Origin: a virus
DNA: 64,000 nt
Direction: 5' to 3' (one strand)
IMG/VR virus record: IMGVR_UViG_3300035001_000008
Span: 32,001-96,000 of that record
The notes beneath the pieces are model-generated. The model made no database searches, was not told the origin of the DNA, and was given only the letters and a program-made list of their open reading frames with translations. Both the position numbers and the translations under genes were made by a program. Below are positions 18,440 through 28,565 of the stretch, one piece after another (the stretch's first letter is position 1; each line of letters begins with the position of its first letter).

Positions 18440-20127
18440 TAATGGATACCGTTCAACTAGGATTACTTGAATACCATGCAATACCCGCTAAAAATGTAGT
18501 TATTCAAAAAGCAGCAACGTTAAGTATAATTGACTCCCTTAAGCAACCTCAATTAGAAATAGTTGAAAGTGCTTATATAAAAGTAGCTAATGGTTACAAA
18601 AAAATACTATTAGTTGCGCTGATGGGAGTCGGGAAGACGATCCTTGCTGGTTGGATAATTAGAGATGCCGTTAAAGCTTCTAAAGAGTGTGTGTTCTTTG
18701 TTCACTTCGACACGCTAGTTAATCAAACTGTAGAAGAATTTAGCCGATTAGGGTTAACGGCTAATGTTTTGCAAGGTAATAAAAAGTTTAACAAGCATTC
18801 ATGTGTTGCTGTTGTTTCAATTCAGTCCCTTGAATCTAAATTAAAAAAGGGTGCTTCTGTATCAGACATTCTAGGGCATAGAGATGTTTTATTTTTTGAT
18901 GAATGTCACGAATTAGCTTTTAGAGAATCGTTTGATTTAATTGATAAGCATTACCCCGATGCAATTAAGTTTGGTTTAACGGCTACACCTTGGCGATTGT
19001 CTAAGAAGGAATGGTTAGGGCAGAAATTTGAGACTACTGTAGAGGGTTGGCAACCGCCTAAGTTGATTAAGGAGGGTATTAGCGTACATGCCAGGTGCTA
19101 TGCCATTGGCGGGGGTGTTATCCACGTTACAGAGGCCGATGTAGGCTTTGATGGGGATTACTCTGAAGGGTTGATGGGTAAGCAGGCTAGTGAGGATGCA
19201 GCGCTAGAGTATACATTTCAGGAATGGCAACGCTTGAGCGGTGATAGACCCACGATCATGGTAGGCTCTACCATTGAACAAGCTAAGGCCACTACCGCGA
19301 AGTTTCTAGAGCATGGCATCCCTACTGAGATGGTTATAGGATCTACCTCTAAGAAGCAACGCAAGGATATCTTTGCTAGGGTTGCCTGTGGTCAGACTCA
19401 AGTTATAACGTCTGTGGGTGCCCTGGTAGCTGGGTTTAATCTACCCATCCTCTCATCCATACTATTTGTCAGAGCTACTAAATCAAAGTCTCTGTTCTTT
19501 CAGTGCTGTGGTCGCCCAGCAAGGTCTTATCCTGGTAAGGAAGACTACCTAATTTTAGACTTTGGAGGTAACTTAAAACGTTTTGGCAATCCTATGGATT
19601 TTCAGGACTATTCAATCGATGGTGAAATGCCTGAAGATAACGGAGAATCATTCAAAGATTGTCCTAACTGTGGTCATACGCAGAGAGTATTTAACTCTAA
19701 GTGTGAAAAGTGCGGATATGAATTTAATTCACCTGAAGAAGAAATAGAAGAGGAAACCCATTACCAAGAGTTAGTCGAATATACAAATGGATTAACCAAA
19801 CAAAAGATTAAAAATATCAGAGCTTGGCGTAAGATGGCATTTAAGCAATGGTCTATTAATAGACAAGCTTCAGATACTACATCGCCTGATAGAGCTATTC
19901 AATTATTTTTAGATGAGTACGGACATAACCCACCAGCAGACTGGATTATTAATTCAGCTCTTACCCGTAGGTACTCAAAATCAAAACTACGTGATTACAT
20001 TGCTTACTTAAAAGCTCACATTAAAAATCCTAAGTATGCAAAAGGATGGTTAAACTATCATTATCGACTTGAAACAGGGCAAGATATACCGGATAATCAA
20101 TTAGATTTGTTATTGAGGGATGTTTGA
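18409..20127 (+). CDS. SF2 DEAD/DEAH-box helicase (YejH/RadD-like) with Zn ribbon; start may be 18442
   Basis: GVGKT, DECH, LTATP, GFNLP, QCCGR..R, CPNC/CEKC. Confidence 0.92.
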   Translation: MVGYVEGGYLIMDTVQLGLLEYHAIPAKNVVIQKAATLSIIDSLKQPQLEIVESAYIKVANGYKKILLVALMGVGKTILAGWIIRDAVKASKECVFFVHFDTLVNQTVEEFSRLGLTANVLQGNKKFNKHSCVAVVSIQSLESKLKKGASVSDILGHRDVLFFDECHELAFRESFDLIDKHYPDAIKFGLTATPWRLSKKEWLGQKFETTVEGWQPPKLIKEGISVHARCYAIGGGVIHVTEADVGFDGDYSEGLMGKQASEDAALEYTFQEWQRLSGDRPTIMVGSTIEQAKATTAKFLEHGIPTEMVIGSTSKKQRKDIFARVACGQTQVITSVGALVAGFNLPILSSILFVRATKSKSLFFQCCGRPARSYPGKEDYLILDFGGNLKRFGNPMDFQDYSIDGEMPEDNGESFKDCPNCGHTQRVFNSKCEKCGYEFNSPEEEIEEETHYQELVEYTNGLTKQKIKNIRAWRKMAFKQWSINRQASDTTSPDRAIQLFLDEYGHNPPADWIINSALTRRYSKSKLRDYIAYLKAHIKNPKYAKGWLNYHYRLETGQDIPDNQLDLLLRDV

Positions 20128-20509
20128 TGAAAGTCTATATAATTCAAGATTACGATTACGCAGAGTCAACAAATACATTTGGCGCTGTCATGTCACATGA
20201 AGCCTTAAATATACAAAACCTTTGGGATGAGTTTAGGCGTATTTATAAAGTTCCACTTGAAAACGCTAATAAGTGGAACTTTGAACTGAGTGATTACAGC
20301 ATTAAAGCTTTTGATAAATTAAAGGCGGATGGTATTATTGAGGTTAAGTGCTCTAATAACTTTAGCCCAGATTCTTTTATACCTTACTTTGTTGATTGGC
20401 TGCTTAAACGTAAGGGATGTTTATTAGTAGACTTTGAGTATTCTAAAGTTGCAACTAAAACTAAGTATCTGAAAGAGTCTAGAAAATCAACTTGATTTAC
20501 TTTTAAGGG

Positions 20510-20761
20510 ATGTCGAATACCATGAATTGTAAATTTGATATTTCCGTCAATAAATATGAAGACACTTTTATTGCTTACTCAAAAGCGTTTAACTTGCGTG
20601 GAGTATCTAATACAAAAGATGGTGCTCTTAAAGCTCTATCATCCAACCTACATGCAGACTATAAAAGCCTATCAAGTGAAAAGCTTGAAGACCTAGATAA
20701 AAGTGCAATTAAATTACTTGAGTTGTATAAATTAGTGTTTGGGATTTTTGGTAATGCTTAA
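20510..20761 (+). CDS. Hypothetical protein, HicB-like fold possible
   Basis: V.KYEDTFIAYS..FNL.GVSNTKDGAL..L pattern. Confidence 0.35.
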   Translation: MSNTMNCKFDISVNKYEDTFIAYSKAFNLRGVSNTKDGALKALSSNLHADYKSLSSEKLEDLDKSAIKLLELYKLVFGIFGNA

Positions 20762-21071
20762 ATACAACGTCTATGTAAATGGTAAATACCATCACTCTAA
20801 TGCTTCCTTTAAAGATTACACTCATGATGTTGGCAAAGAAGGTATTAACTCAATAGGAACAACTACAGCCGTAGTAAAGGTTGAAGTTATTGGCAGTAAT
20901 GGCGATAGAATATGGTTTTAATTTCGGTTAAACCGATAAAACTATTCGGTTTTCAATAATTAACCCTTGAATTTTGATTGATTAAAATTGAATAGTAGAG
21001 TTCAATTAGTATTATGGGTGCTATTAAAAAAGAAGTATTTAACTCTGGATGCCCACCTTAACAACATTAAG

Positions 21072-21098
21072 AACCCCTAGCCATAAACTAGGGGTTTT
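21072..21098. terminator. Intrinsic terminator of the repeated CCCCTAG...CTAGGGG family
   Basis: AACCCCTAG-CCATAAA-CTAGGGGTTTT. Confidence 0.75.
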
Positions 21099-21101
21099 GT
21101 T

Positions 21102-21605
21102 TTATACATATTTAACAAACCTATTCCATACATTCACTACAGGTTTACCAGTAGCCTCAGCATACTTAATGCAATTGTAAGTACCCCCATCCTCAACACC
21201 ATCCCACAGGGCTATCATTTTATTTGAGTTATCGACAATGGCTTTATTACGGTGCTGAAACTTCCATGCTGAATAAGGGGGAGGTGAACAGTAGTTAACC
21301 TCAGTAGCATAACTAAGTAAATTAAAGTAGATATCCTTGTCTGACTTATTCCATACACTTTCTTGACCCTCAAAGGGCACCATAGCGATTAAAGGTAATC
21401 CTAGTAGCTTTGCCACCTTAGCGGCGGCTATATCCAGCCCTAGAGCCATACCGCTAACTATATTTAAATCGCATCCAATCAACTCAATTTCAAGTTGAAT
21501 TACAGCAGTCATTAAATCTACTAAACGGTTGTCTATATTGGCAGAGTGCTTAATTAAGCGCTGTCTGCGATGGCCTGTAAAACCTAGCGATGTAAGGTGA
21601 ATCAT
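21102..21605 (-). CDS. YspA/DUF1273-like SLOG-family protein
   Basis: GFTGHR, VSGMALGLDIAAA, PFEGQE..W, RN..IVD.S..IA.WDG...GGTYNCI.YA. Confidence 0.9.
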   Translation of the reverse strand: MIHLTSLGFTGHRRQRLIKHSANIDNRLVDLMTAVIQLEIELIGCDLNIVSGMALGLDIAAAKVAKLLGLPLIAMVPFEGQESVWNKSDKDIYFNLLSYATEVNYCSPPPYSAWKFQHRNKAIVDNSNKMIALWDGVEDGGTYNCIKYAEATGKPVVNVWNRFVKYV

Positions 21606-22859
21606 TGAATAAAGTTTATTTAATTCCTGCTATGTCTATTTTACACCTTATCTAAAGGCTGTGTTATATTAGACAAAGTTAAAGGACATTTAAATGCTAA
21701 CTAAAACTTCTCTAATCGACCAACTAGACGACGTTACAGCTAAATCAGAAACGCTTGAATCTAAGGTATCTACCCTAACCGATGCCCTTGATTCAGTTCA
21801 ATACGTTCTAGCTTGTCTGTGTCGTGCTAAATGTATTGAGCCTACAGACTTTGGACACACGGCTATCGACGTAGTTAATAAATCAATTGACTCTGAATTT
21901 ATATCAGCGCTTATCGCTGAACATGGCGAGGATGGATTAATTGAATTAATGGCTTGACATTCAATCTATAGCCTATATAATATTAGACAGGGGTAACACC
22001 CTGTTTTTTATTTAAGGAACCTAATATGCCTGTTACTTTTTTGACCGATACCGAATTGTTTGCTGTCCTATCTAACCCACTAAATCCCGACTATAGTACT
22101 GAATATTATGTTTCAGCTACTAATGAACTGAGTAAGCGTCATGCATTTATCAAACTACAAGATGGCCTGGGCAATGCCCAGTAGCACCGTAAAGACCCCC
22201 TTACCTTTAAGGCAGTCTATTCTAGCTAACCCTATATTCCATCAGTTCTTAGCCTGTTATAGAAGGTCTGACGATAAACCTAACTACTATCCCATGTGGG
22301 TTAAATATAATCCTTTCAACTTAGATTGGGGACATCTAAAAAAGTTAGGTATTCAAACTATCAACACTGGAAAACTACCTCCTTACTTTACTTTTGAACA
22401 ACTTCTAAATGCTGTAGGCTATCAAATAAATTAAACTCTTAGCCCCTATAAAGGGGCTTTTTCGTGCTTACCGTACTTATCAGTAACAGCCCTTAGGTTA
22501 AAATTAAAATAAAAGGTAAACTATGGATGCTGAAACTGAATTTAAGTTAATTACTGACTTTAAGGCTTTGACAAAAGAAGACCTTGAAAGAATTGCTTTG
22601 CAATTGACAAAAGCTTATAACAATTCCACTAACTTAAATAGTCAAGCTTCAGTTAAACTTGCATTGCAAGCTGATGTAATTAATAGTTTAATGGCTGAGG
22701 TTGAAAGATCTTCACCATTGCTAGAAGGTGCCGAAAAGATTAAAAAAGCGTTTAGCTTTTGGGTACTTTATTCAATGTTAACGACTGTTGGAATATTGGC
22801 AATGTTTATCCTGGTACTGTTCAAATAAAAACCCTAGGGGTTAGCTAGGGTAGAGTGAT

Positions 22860-23321
22860 TTAAGGAACAAATGCGCCTGACTGTATATCAAGTAAATCTT
22901 GCTTAGCTATGGCGTATTTTCTATTACGCTTAATATCTTTCTCAGTCACATTAGGCAGTCTACTTAAATCCATATTATCTTCTAAGTCTGCCAATTTAAC
23001 TTTAATAGCATCGGGATTAAAACCGATTACCCTTGTGATGTAAGCATCATAGTCAATTCCTATAACTTTAGTCATAGCTTTTAGACCAGCAATAACCCTA
23101 TCACTGAAGCCCGCCGCTTTGATGTCTTCAAGGGTCACATCTGAATCTTCAATCACATCATGCATAACCGCTATACATTGAAGTTCAATATCATCAGGGT
23201 ATTTAGTTTTAACAGTATCCAATACTCTTAGGGGATGCTCAATATAATCTTTACCAGCTTTGTCTAGTTGCCCTTTATGAGCATTAGATGCCATCTCAAT
23301 AGCTACGTCTAAGTCAGTCAT
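22860..23321 (-). CDS. RelA/SpoT-type HD-domain hydrolase (small alarmone hydrolase/MESH1-like)
   Basis: AHKGQLDKAGKDYIEHPLRV, HDVIED, VKLADLEDN. Confidence 0.88.
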   Translation of the reverse strand: MTDLDVAIEMASNAHKGQLDKAGKDYIEHPLRVLDTVKTKYPDDIELQCIAVMHDVIEDSDVTLEDIKAAGFSDRVIAGLKAMTKVIGIDYDAYITRVIGFNPDAIKVKLADLEDNMDLSRLPNVTEKDIKRNRKYAIAKQDLLDIQSGAFVP

Positions 23322-23840
23322 TTTAGTTACCCTTTATTACTCTTCCATTATACCAAACCTAAAATAGAAAAACCCTTAATTAAAAGGGTTTGTTGAATCT
23401 ATTTAGTTGTTAATGACTAATTTAATTTCAATAAGACTAATTTTGTAAGGGCTGTCATCATTTTCATAAAAATGTTGCAATTCAGTCGTATACAATTGTT
23501 CTACAGAATGCAAGCAATCACTTTTGTTTTTAGAGGCCGTGTCTAGATAAACGGCATCTGAAGTTGTGTTATGGAATACCCAATACTTAGGCGTAAACTT
23601 TTGAGTACTTTTCATTTAATTAATTCCTTAATCTAGATTAGTTTTGATTAATACACCGTCGCTAAACTCAAATTGACTATTTAATACGTCTGAAGTGTCT
23701 CGCCTATACACATGCTCAAGTCTTACTTGATAATGTTTAGGTAAGTCTTGACCTTTGATTACTCCGTTAAGTTTATTCATTCGTTTTCCTTTAATTAAAT
23801 TAAACCCCGCTTATGCGGGGAATTGACTACTTTAGTTTGC

Positions 23841-24386
23841 CTAGAAAGGGATCAATTCGAGAGCTTTAGCATCGTACTCAGCCTTAAACGATTCAAAAGC
23901 AATACCTTTAGCTAGTGCTTTTTCTTTAACAGCATCTAGCGCGGCATCGTCTTCAGCATTAGCAATGGCTTTAAGCAATGCTGCTGAGGGCTTAACGATG
24001 GTTGTGGGAGAGGCTACTGCTACTTGCTCAGCGTCTTGGGTATAATCCCCTCCATTGTTACTGGTGGCGGCTTCTAGGGCAAATACAGTTAGGTATAGCT
24101 TAGTCTGCTTCTTACCGTCACGTTCCCATTCATCATGCGATAGTTTAGATTCAGTAATAGCAACTCGATCACCCTTATCAAATTGCATAAGTGAATCAGC
24201 CGCATCATTCCAAGCTTTAATGGTAATCCAGGTAGAAGGATTCCATTCATCAGTCTTTTTATTCTTACCTTGGCTAACAGCTACGTTAACCTCAGCTACC
24301 CGTGAACCACTATCAAATGTTTTTAGTTCTGGAGGTTTGCCTAGATTACCGACAATTTGAACTTTATTTTTAACTACGTCATTCAT
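23841..24386 (-). CDS. ssb: Single-stranded DNA-binding protein
   Basis: NKVQIVGNLGKPPELK, W.....W...A, acidic C-terminal ELIPF. Confidence 0.92.
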   Translation of the reverse strand: MNDVVKNKVQIVGNLGKPPELKTFDSGSRVAEVNVAVSQGKNKKTDEWNPSTWITIKAWNDAADSLMQFDKGDRVAITESKLSHDEWERDGKKQTKLYLTVFALEAATSNNGGDYTQDAEQVAVASPTTIVKPSAALLKAIANAEDDAALDAVKEKALAKGIAFESFKAEYDAKALELIPF

Positions 24387-24434
24387 TGTTATTCACCTCT
24401 AATTTTGTTTAACGTTAAGCGTAGCAAGCAGGAG

Positions 24435-25061
24435 TTAGAAATCAACCTCCTGTTGAGTCTTCATCAACTTAAAAGCATTTTCAAAATGAACAATGCGATT
24501 ATCTTGAATATCCTTAGTGTTACCTGTAGGTACACCTTGCTCAATTAGATATTGCTTGAGCTTGGCCCCATCCTTGTTAAAAGCATCCATGCCCATAGCA
24601 TAAAGCTTGGCTGAGGTAGGCTTAGCTCCGCTAGCAGGGGCTTTAGATGCGGGTGTAGTAGTCTTACCGGGTGTAGGTGACAAGGAATTACCATCATCAT
24701 CAATATCAGCATTCACATCAAAGAATGCACACTTTTGCCCCCTACGCGCATAGGTTATTTCACCTAAAAGCTTCTGTGGATCACCCGATGAATTAAGTGG
24801 ATACATACCGGCATCTACAGACTGTCCTGATACGTGATAAAGCGTACCTTGTAGGTATTGTTTACCTTCAAATACAACAGTTTTATGGGTAAAGAACAAG
24901 CCGTTTGAAAGTAAAGCAGCATCTACTGATTCAGCAACATCTGAGTTAGATGAATACTTACCTTTGGTTGGCCCTGAAATAAATCGAGTGTTAGTAGCAG
25001 TTCTACCCAAAGGCTTAAACTCTGCTTTAGCTTTAACAACAGCTTTGATAAGATCTTCCAT
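24435..25061 (-). CDS. erf: ERF-family single-strand annealing protein
   Basis: TLYHVSGQ, DPQKLLGEITYARR, DDDGN. Confidence 0.88.
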   Translation of the reverse strand: MEDLIKAVVKAKAEFKPLGRTATNTRFISGPTKGKYSSNSDVAESVDAALLSNGLFFTHKTVVFEGKQYLQGTLYHVSGQSVDAGMYPLNSSGDPQKLLGEITYARRGQKCAFFDVNADIDDDGNSLSPTPGKTTTPASKAPASGAKPTSAKLYAMGMDAFNKDGAKLKQYLIEQGVPTGNTKDIQDNRIVHFENAFKLMKTQQEVDF

Positions 25062-25525
25062 TACCTTCCACTACCCCTATCACCAGGTTTCATTTTGTTA
25101 ATCCTTATCTAATGTTATACGCTTAACCTAAAACCAATCGGGATTCTCATCGACTGCACTAAAGCAAGCGCAATGGCCTAGGTAATCAGCCTTATAGGTT
25201 TCAGATAGGTAGTCTGCAATAAAGCTTACTTGAGGCTCTACAGGCTTCAGCGTGTCAACCTCTACCATGTGCCGTACAACATCGCTATCGTACCAGCATC
25301 GCTCATTATCAGAGTCTACATAAGAAGCGTGTAGACGAAAGGTAAGCTCAACTAGACCCGGTGAATCGGCTTCAGGGTCTTGGATTACGATGTCTTGCTT
25401 AACAGTGGTGTAGGTCATTGGTTTGTTTCCTAAGCGATGTAACCATACTAGCATCTAACATTAGACATTGCGCAACAAAAACCAAGCTTCACACAAGCTT
25501 TATCTAATGCTACATGTCGCTGTAG

Positions 25526-25912
25526 CTATACAACAGCGGTTTTAATCAGATCTACTTCGATAATAAATGAAGCAAATCCTGTTAACGGCTCCCGTGTATA
25601 AACTTCGGAGCCATCATTCTTGGCTATCTGAAGCTCATAGAAGTACTTCTTACCGTTCCCGGCTATCTGGAGGGCTGATGTGTCACTAGGCGCTAGCACA
25701 GTCTCAGCTACTAGGTTAGATATGACTGTAATACCATTACCTGTACGTTTTGTAATCTCAGCATCTTCATCAGGTAGTGTAAGGGCTGACTTAACTACAA
25801 AACGGGTTGTGTATCCCGGTGTATTAAAATGTGGTACTGCACCACTCTCTAAGGTATGCGTAAGTTTAACTGTGTCACCCTGTCTAATCGTTCCACCGTT
25901 CAATCCTGCCAT
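25526..25912 (-). CDS. Putative virion structural protein (BppU N-terminal-like Ig fold), copy B2
   Basis: IRQGDT, FVVKS, L.PSDT..L, YFYELQI. Confidence 0.6.
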   Translation of the reverse strand: MAGLNGGTIRQGDTVKLTHTLESGAVPHFNTPGYTTRFVVKSALTLPDEDAEITKRTGNGITVISNLVAETVLAPSDTSALQIAGNGKKYFYELQIAKNDGSEVYTREPLTGFASFIIEVDLIKTAVV

Positions 25913-26220
25913 ATCTGCGTAGTGCTTCCTTTAATTGATTCAAAAGTTGTTAGACAAGGCTTAATACTTTCTATTTTAGTTTCTATAGCTTTACGAATTT
26001 CTAAGGTAGTTAGTACAAATTTTGTAGTTTCAATTTCAGTGGCCATTTTAGAGTGATACTCAAAAGTAGTTAGACTTGATTGAATTAACTTAAGTGAGGT
26101 AATAGCACCTAAATAATTACCAATTAAGATTAATTCTTCTGGTGTAAAGCCATCTTTGGCTACAGCTAGTGAGCCATAGCCTATACCATCTTTAGCAATA
26201 GATAGAGCATTAACAGGCAC
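25900..26220 (-). CDS. Putative virion protein, copy A2 (DGIGYG motif)
   Basis: N-terminus LSIAKDGIGYGSLAVAKDGF shared with 26631..27074. Confidence 0.55.
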   Translation of the reverse strand: MPVNALSIAKDGIGYGSLAVAKDGFTPEELILIGNYLGAITSLKLIQSSLTTFEYHSKMATEIETTKFVLTTLEIRKAIETKIESIKPCLTTFESIKGSTTQIWQD

Positions 26221-26627
26221 TACCTACCCGCTTTAGATTCTTTTTCAACAATAAACTTGCCGTCAAACCCACCACCTTTATGTACGCGAATGGGCACACC
26301 TCCAACGGGAGTAATAGACCAGGCATAACCTACCGTAACCGTTTCATCTTCGCCTAGTAATACAGCTAGATTAGATTCTGAAATTGTCAATAATACAGTT
26401 TGTACCGACTCAGTATCTAAAAGCTTAGTAAGCCCGTTATCAGTATCTAAGATAACTGTAGGCTCTGAGGCTGATGGATTATTATACAAAACTAATTCAA
26501 TAGCAGCCCCTACAAAGTCTGTAGGATTGTCTGAACTAGTATCTAAGGCTGCACGTGTAAACGTAAATAATTTAGCGGTAATTGCAGCACCCGCTAGATA
26601 CGTTTTATCAGCTAAAACATCAACCAT
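26220..26627 (-). CDS. Putative virion structural protein (BppU-like), copy B1
   Basis: DFVGAAIEL, LDTDNGLT, LTISE..LA.L pattern. Confidence 0.55.
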   Translation of the reverse strand: MVDVLADKTYLAGAAITAKLFTFTRAALDTSSDNPTDFVGAAIELVLYNNPSASEPTVILDTDNGLTKLLDTESVQTVLLTISESNLAVLLGEDETVTVGYAWSITPVGGVPIRVHKGGGFDGKFIVEKESKAGR

Positions 26628-26630
26628 AAT

Positions 26631-27074
26631 CTAATCTCCAAAAGTACCGCTAGGTTTTAATTCAATCGAATTAAGAGTTATTACATAATCAATACTGTCA
26701 ACTACAATACCAAAGCTAACTGAACCTAATTCAGGTTCTTTTGCTATAAAATCAAGTGTTACAGGGCTATCGTAACTACCTAATGATGGTGCGCTTATTG
26801 TAGAAGACATAATTAAATCATAACTGATTGAATCTAATGCTAATAAGTACTCAAAATAATCAACGGTTAAACTTAAATCAATTGAACTTAATTCATTAAA
26901 TCCTATTTGAATTGAATTAAAATTAGTGATTGATGAATAACTAACTAGGTTGGGTGGGCTTATTGTTAGATTTGATGTTTTAAGTTTGTTGCTTGTGTTA
27001 AACCCATCGCTAGCTGTAACTAAACCGCCATAACCTATACCATCCCTTGCTAAAGTTAAGCCGCTTAAAGTCAT
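26631..27074 (-). CDS. Putative virion protein, copy A1 (DGIGYG motif)
   Basis: N-terminus LTLARDGIGYGGLVTASDGF. Confidence 0.55.
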   Translation of the reverse strand: MTLSGLTLARDGIGYGGLVTASDGFNTSNKLKTSNLTISPPNLVSYSSITNFNSIQIGFNELSSIDLSLTVDYFEYLLALDSISYDLIMSSTISAPSLGSYDSPVTLDFIAKEPELGSVSFGIVVDSIDYVITLNSIELKPSGTFGD

Positions 27075-28234
27075 TAGTTAGGGGTAGCCGTATAGCTACC
27101 AGATCCATTATCAGTTAGCATAATGTCTACATCAGAATCACTTGAAGTAATCGATGTATTTGTATAAGTAGTCGATACCCCATCAACTAAAGCAAAGCGT
27201 TTAGCTAACTTAGTAATTGGCAAAACTGTAGTTTGAAGTGCTAAGCTTGAAACATCAGACTTAAATATGTTTTGTCTATTATCTGCTGTAAAGTATCCGT
27301 AGATATCAGCAGCATTCACAGTTACAGGCGTTGTGGCAGCGTCAAAAGTGCTACGTGATGTAATATTAGCGTCGATTCGTGCTAGTTCAATAGCCAATTC
27401 AGCCCTAACGGCTTGAGCAATGGCTTGTTGTTCTGCCGCCGGTAAATCAAACTGTGCATTAATGACCTGCAAAAATGCGTCAATAACTTTACTTGGATCC
27501 CCCTCATCGATAATCGCAACTTCAACAGCAACGGCAATAGCATTGCGTTCTTCTGTGGTTAAGGCAAACCCTACTTTATCAGTGAGGCTTCTAGTTGCGT
27601 ACTCCCATACCTGCTGAGCGTTTAACGTGCTAAACCCTGTAGCCTTGAATGCATTAGCCCTAGTACCCTCAGTAAAATAAGTATATATTTCAGCTTCGGT
27701 TGGGGCATTACCTGACCCAGATCCACCCGTGGGAGCATTGGCTAAAGCTGTTGTACTGAATGCCGTCGCCCCATTGCCTGAGGTTGTTGCGTTGAATAAG
27801 GTTGTTAACTGCGTTGATTGCGTGCTATCTAACCCGCTACCAGTTGAAACCATAATAATTTCAACTTGAGGCGGTTGATAGTCAATATCTACAATAGAAA
27901 GTAGGGAAGACCTATCAAATAGATCAGCACCTTCTGATTGATCTTCCGCACTAATTAAAGAGCCTCTAATTTTTAGCGTATGTGTGGCGTCATAGGGTAC
28001 AATTTTCACCCCTGAATTTAAGTCAGTGAATCTAGGTGTAAATTTTGCAGCGCCAATTTGTTGATTGCCAAACGCTGAAACCATAGGCGGAAATTTACGC
28101 TCATTGTTAACATTTAATCGCCGCCTAAGCCGATGTTCTTTGTAAATGTCAATGGGTTGAATATCAATACCAATTGAATCAACGCTTAGATAAATCCGGT
28201 TAGTTGTGTAATCCTCTGACGCGATTAAAACCAT
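27074..28234 (-). CDS. Putative tail/baseplate-associated structural protein
   Basis: Lies in the structural block; T/S/A/G-rich. Confidence 0.55.
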   Translation of the reverse strand: MVLIASEDYTTNRIYLSVDSIGIDIQPIDIYKEHRLRRRLNVNNERKFPPMVSAFGNQQIGAAKFTPRFTDLNSGVKIVPYDATHTLKIRGSLISAEDQSEGADLFDRSSLLSIVDIDYQPPQVEIIMVSTGSGLDSTQSTQLTTLFNATTSGNGATAFSTTALANAPTGGSGSGNAPTEAEIYTYFTEGTRANAFKATGFSTLNAQQVWEYATRSLTDKVGFALTTEERNAIAVAVEVAIIDEGDPSKVIDAFLQVINAQFDLPAAEQQAIAQAVRAELAIELARIDANITSRSTFDAATTPVTVNAADIYGYFTADNRQNIFKSDVSSLALQTTVLPITKLAKRFALVDGVSTTYTNTSITSSDSDVDIMLTDNGSGSYTATPN

Positions 28235-28238
28235 TTAT

Positions 28239-28565
28239 TTACTCTGTAGTCCAACCCGTAATAGGGTCAATTGGTTTTTCAATGTCTTCGCTAATCCAAC
28301 GGTTTGCTAGTTTAGTCATTACACTTTGTAAACCGGCAATTGAAATAGAACCGGATAACTTAGTAATAGGGTCGGTGAATGCTATAGTTTCTTGCACCAC
28401 TTCCATAGCATTACGATACACTCTATCAGTATTACCAATAATAGCGACAACCTTATTGTCTGCGTCTAGTTCTACTTTTTGAACCAAAATACTTAAAATA
28501 GGTAAGGAGTTTGGCCTAACAGTATCAATCGTAATTTGTTGAGGTCTATGCGCTTTTTTATTCAT
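28239..28565 (-). CDS. Hypothetical protein in the structural block
   Basis: Coupled start/stop with neighbours. Confidence 0.5.
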   Translation of the reverse strand: MNKKAHRPQQITIDTVRPNSLPILSILVQKVELDADNKVVAIIGNTDRVYRNAMEVVQETIAFTDPITKLSGSISIAGLQSVMTKLANRWISEDIEKPIDPITGWTTE

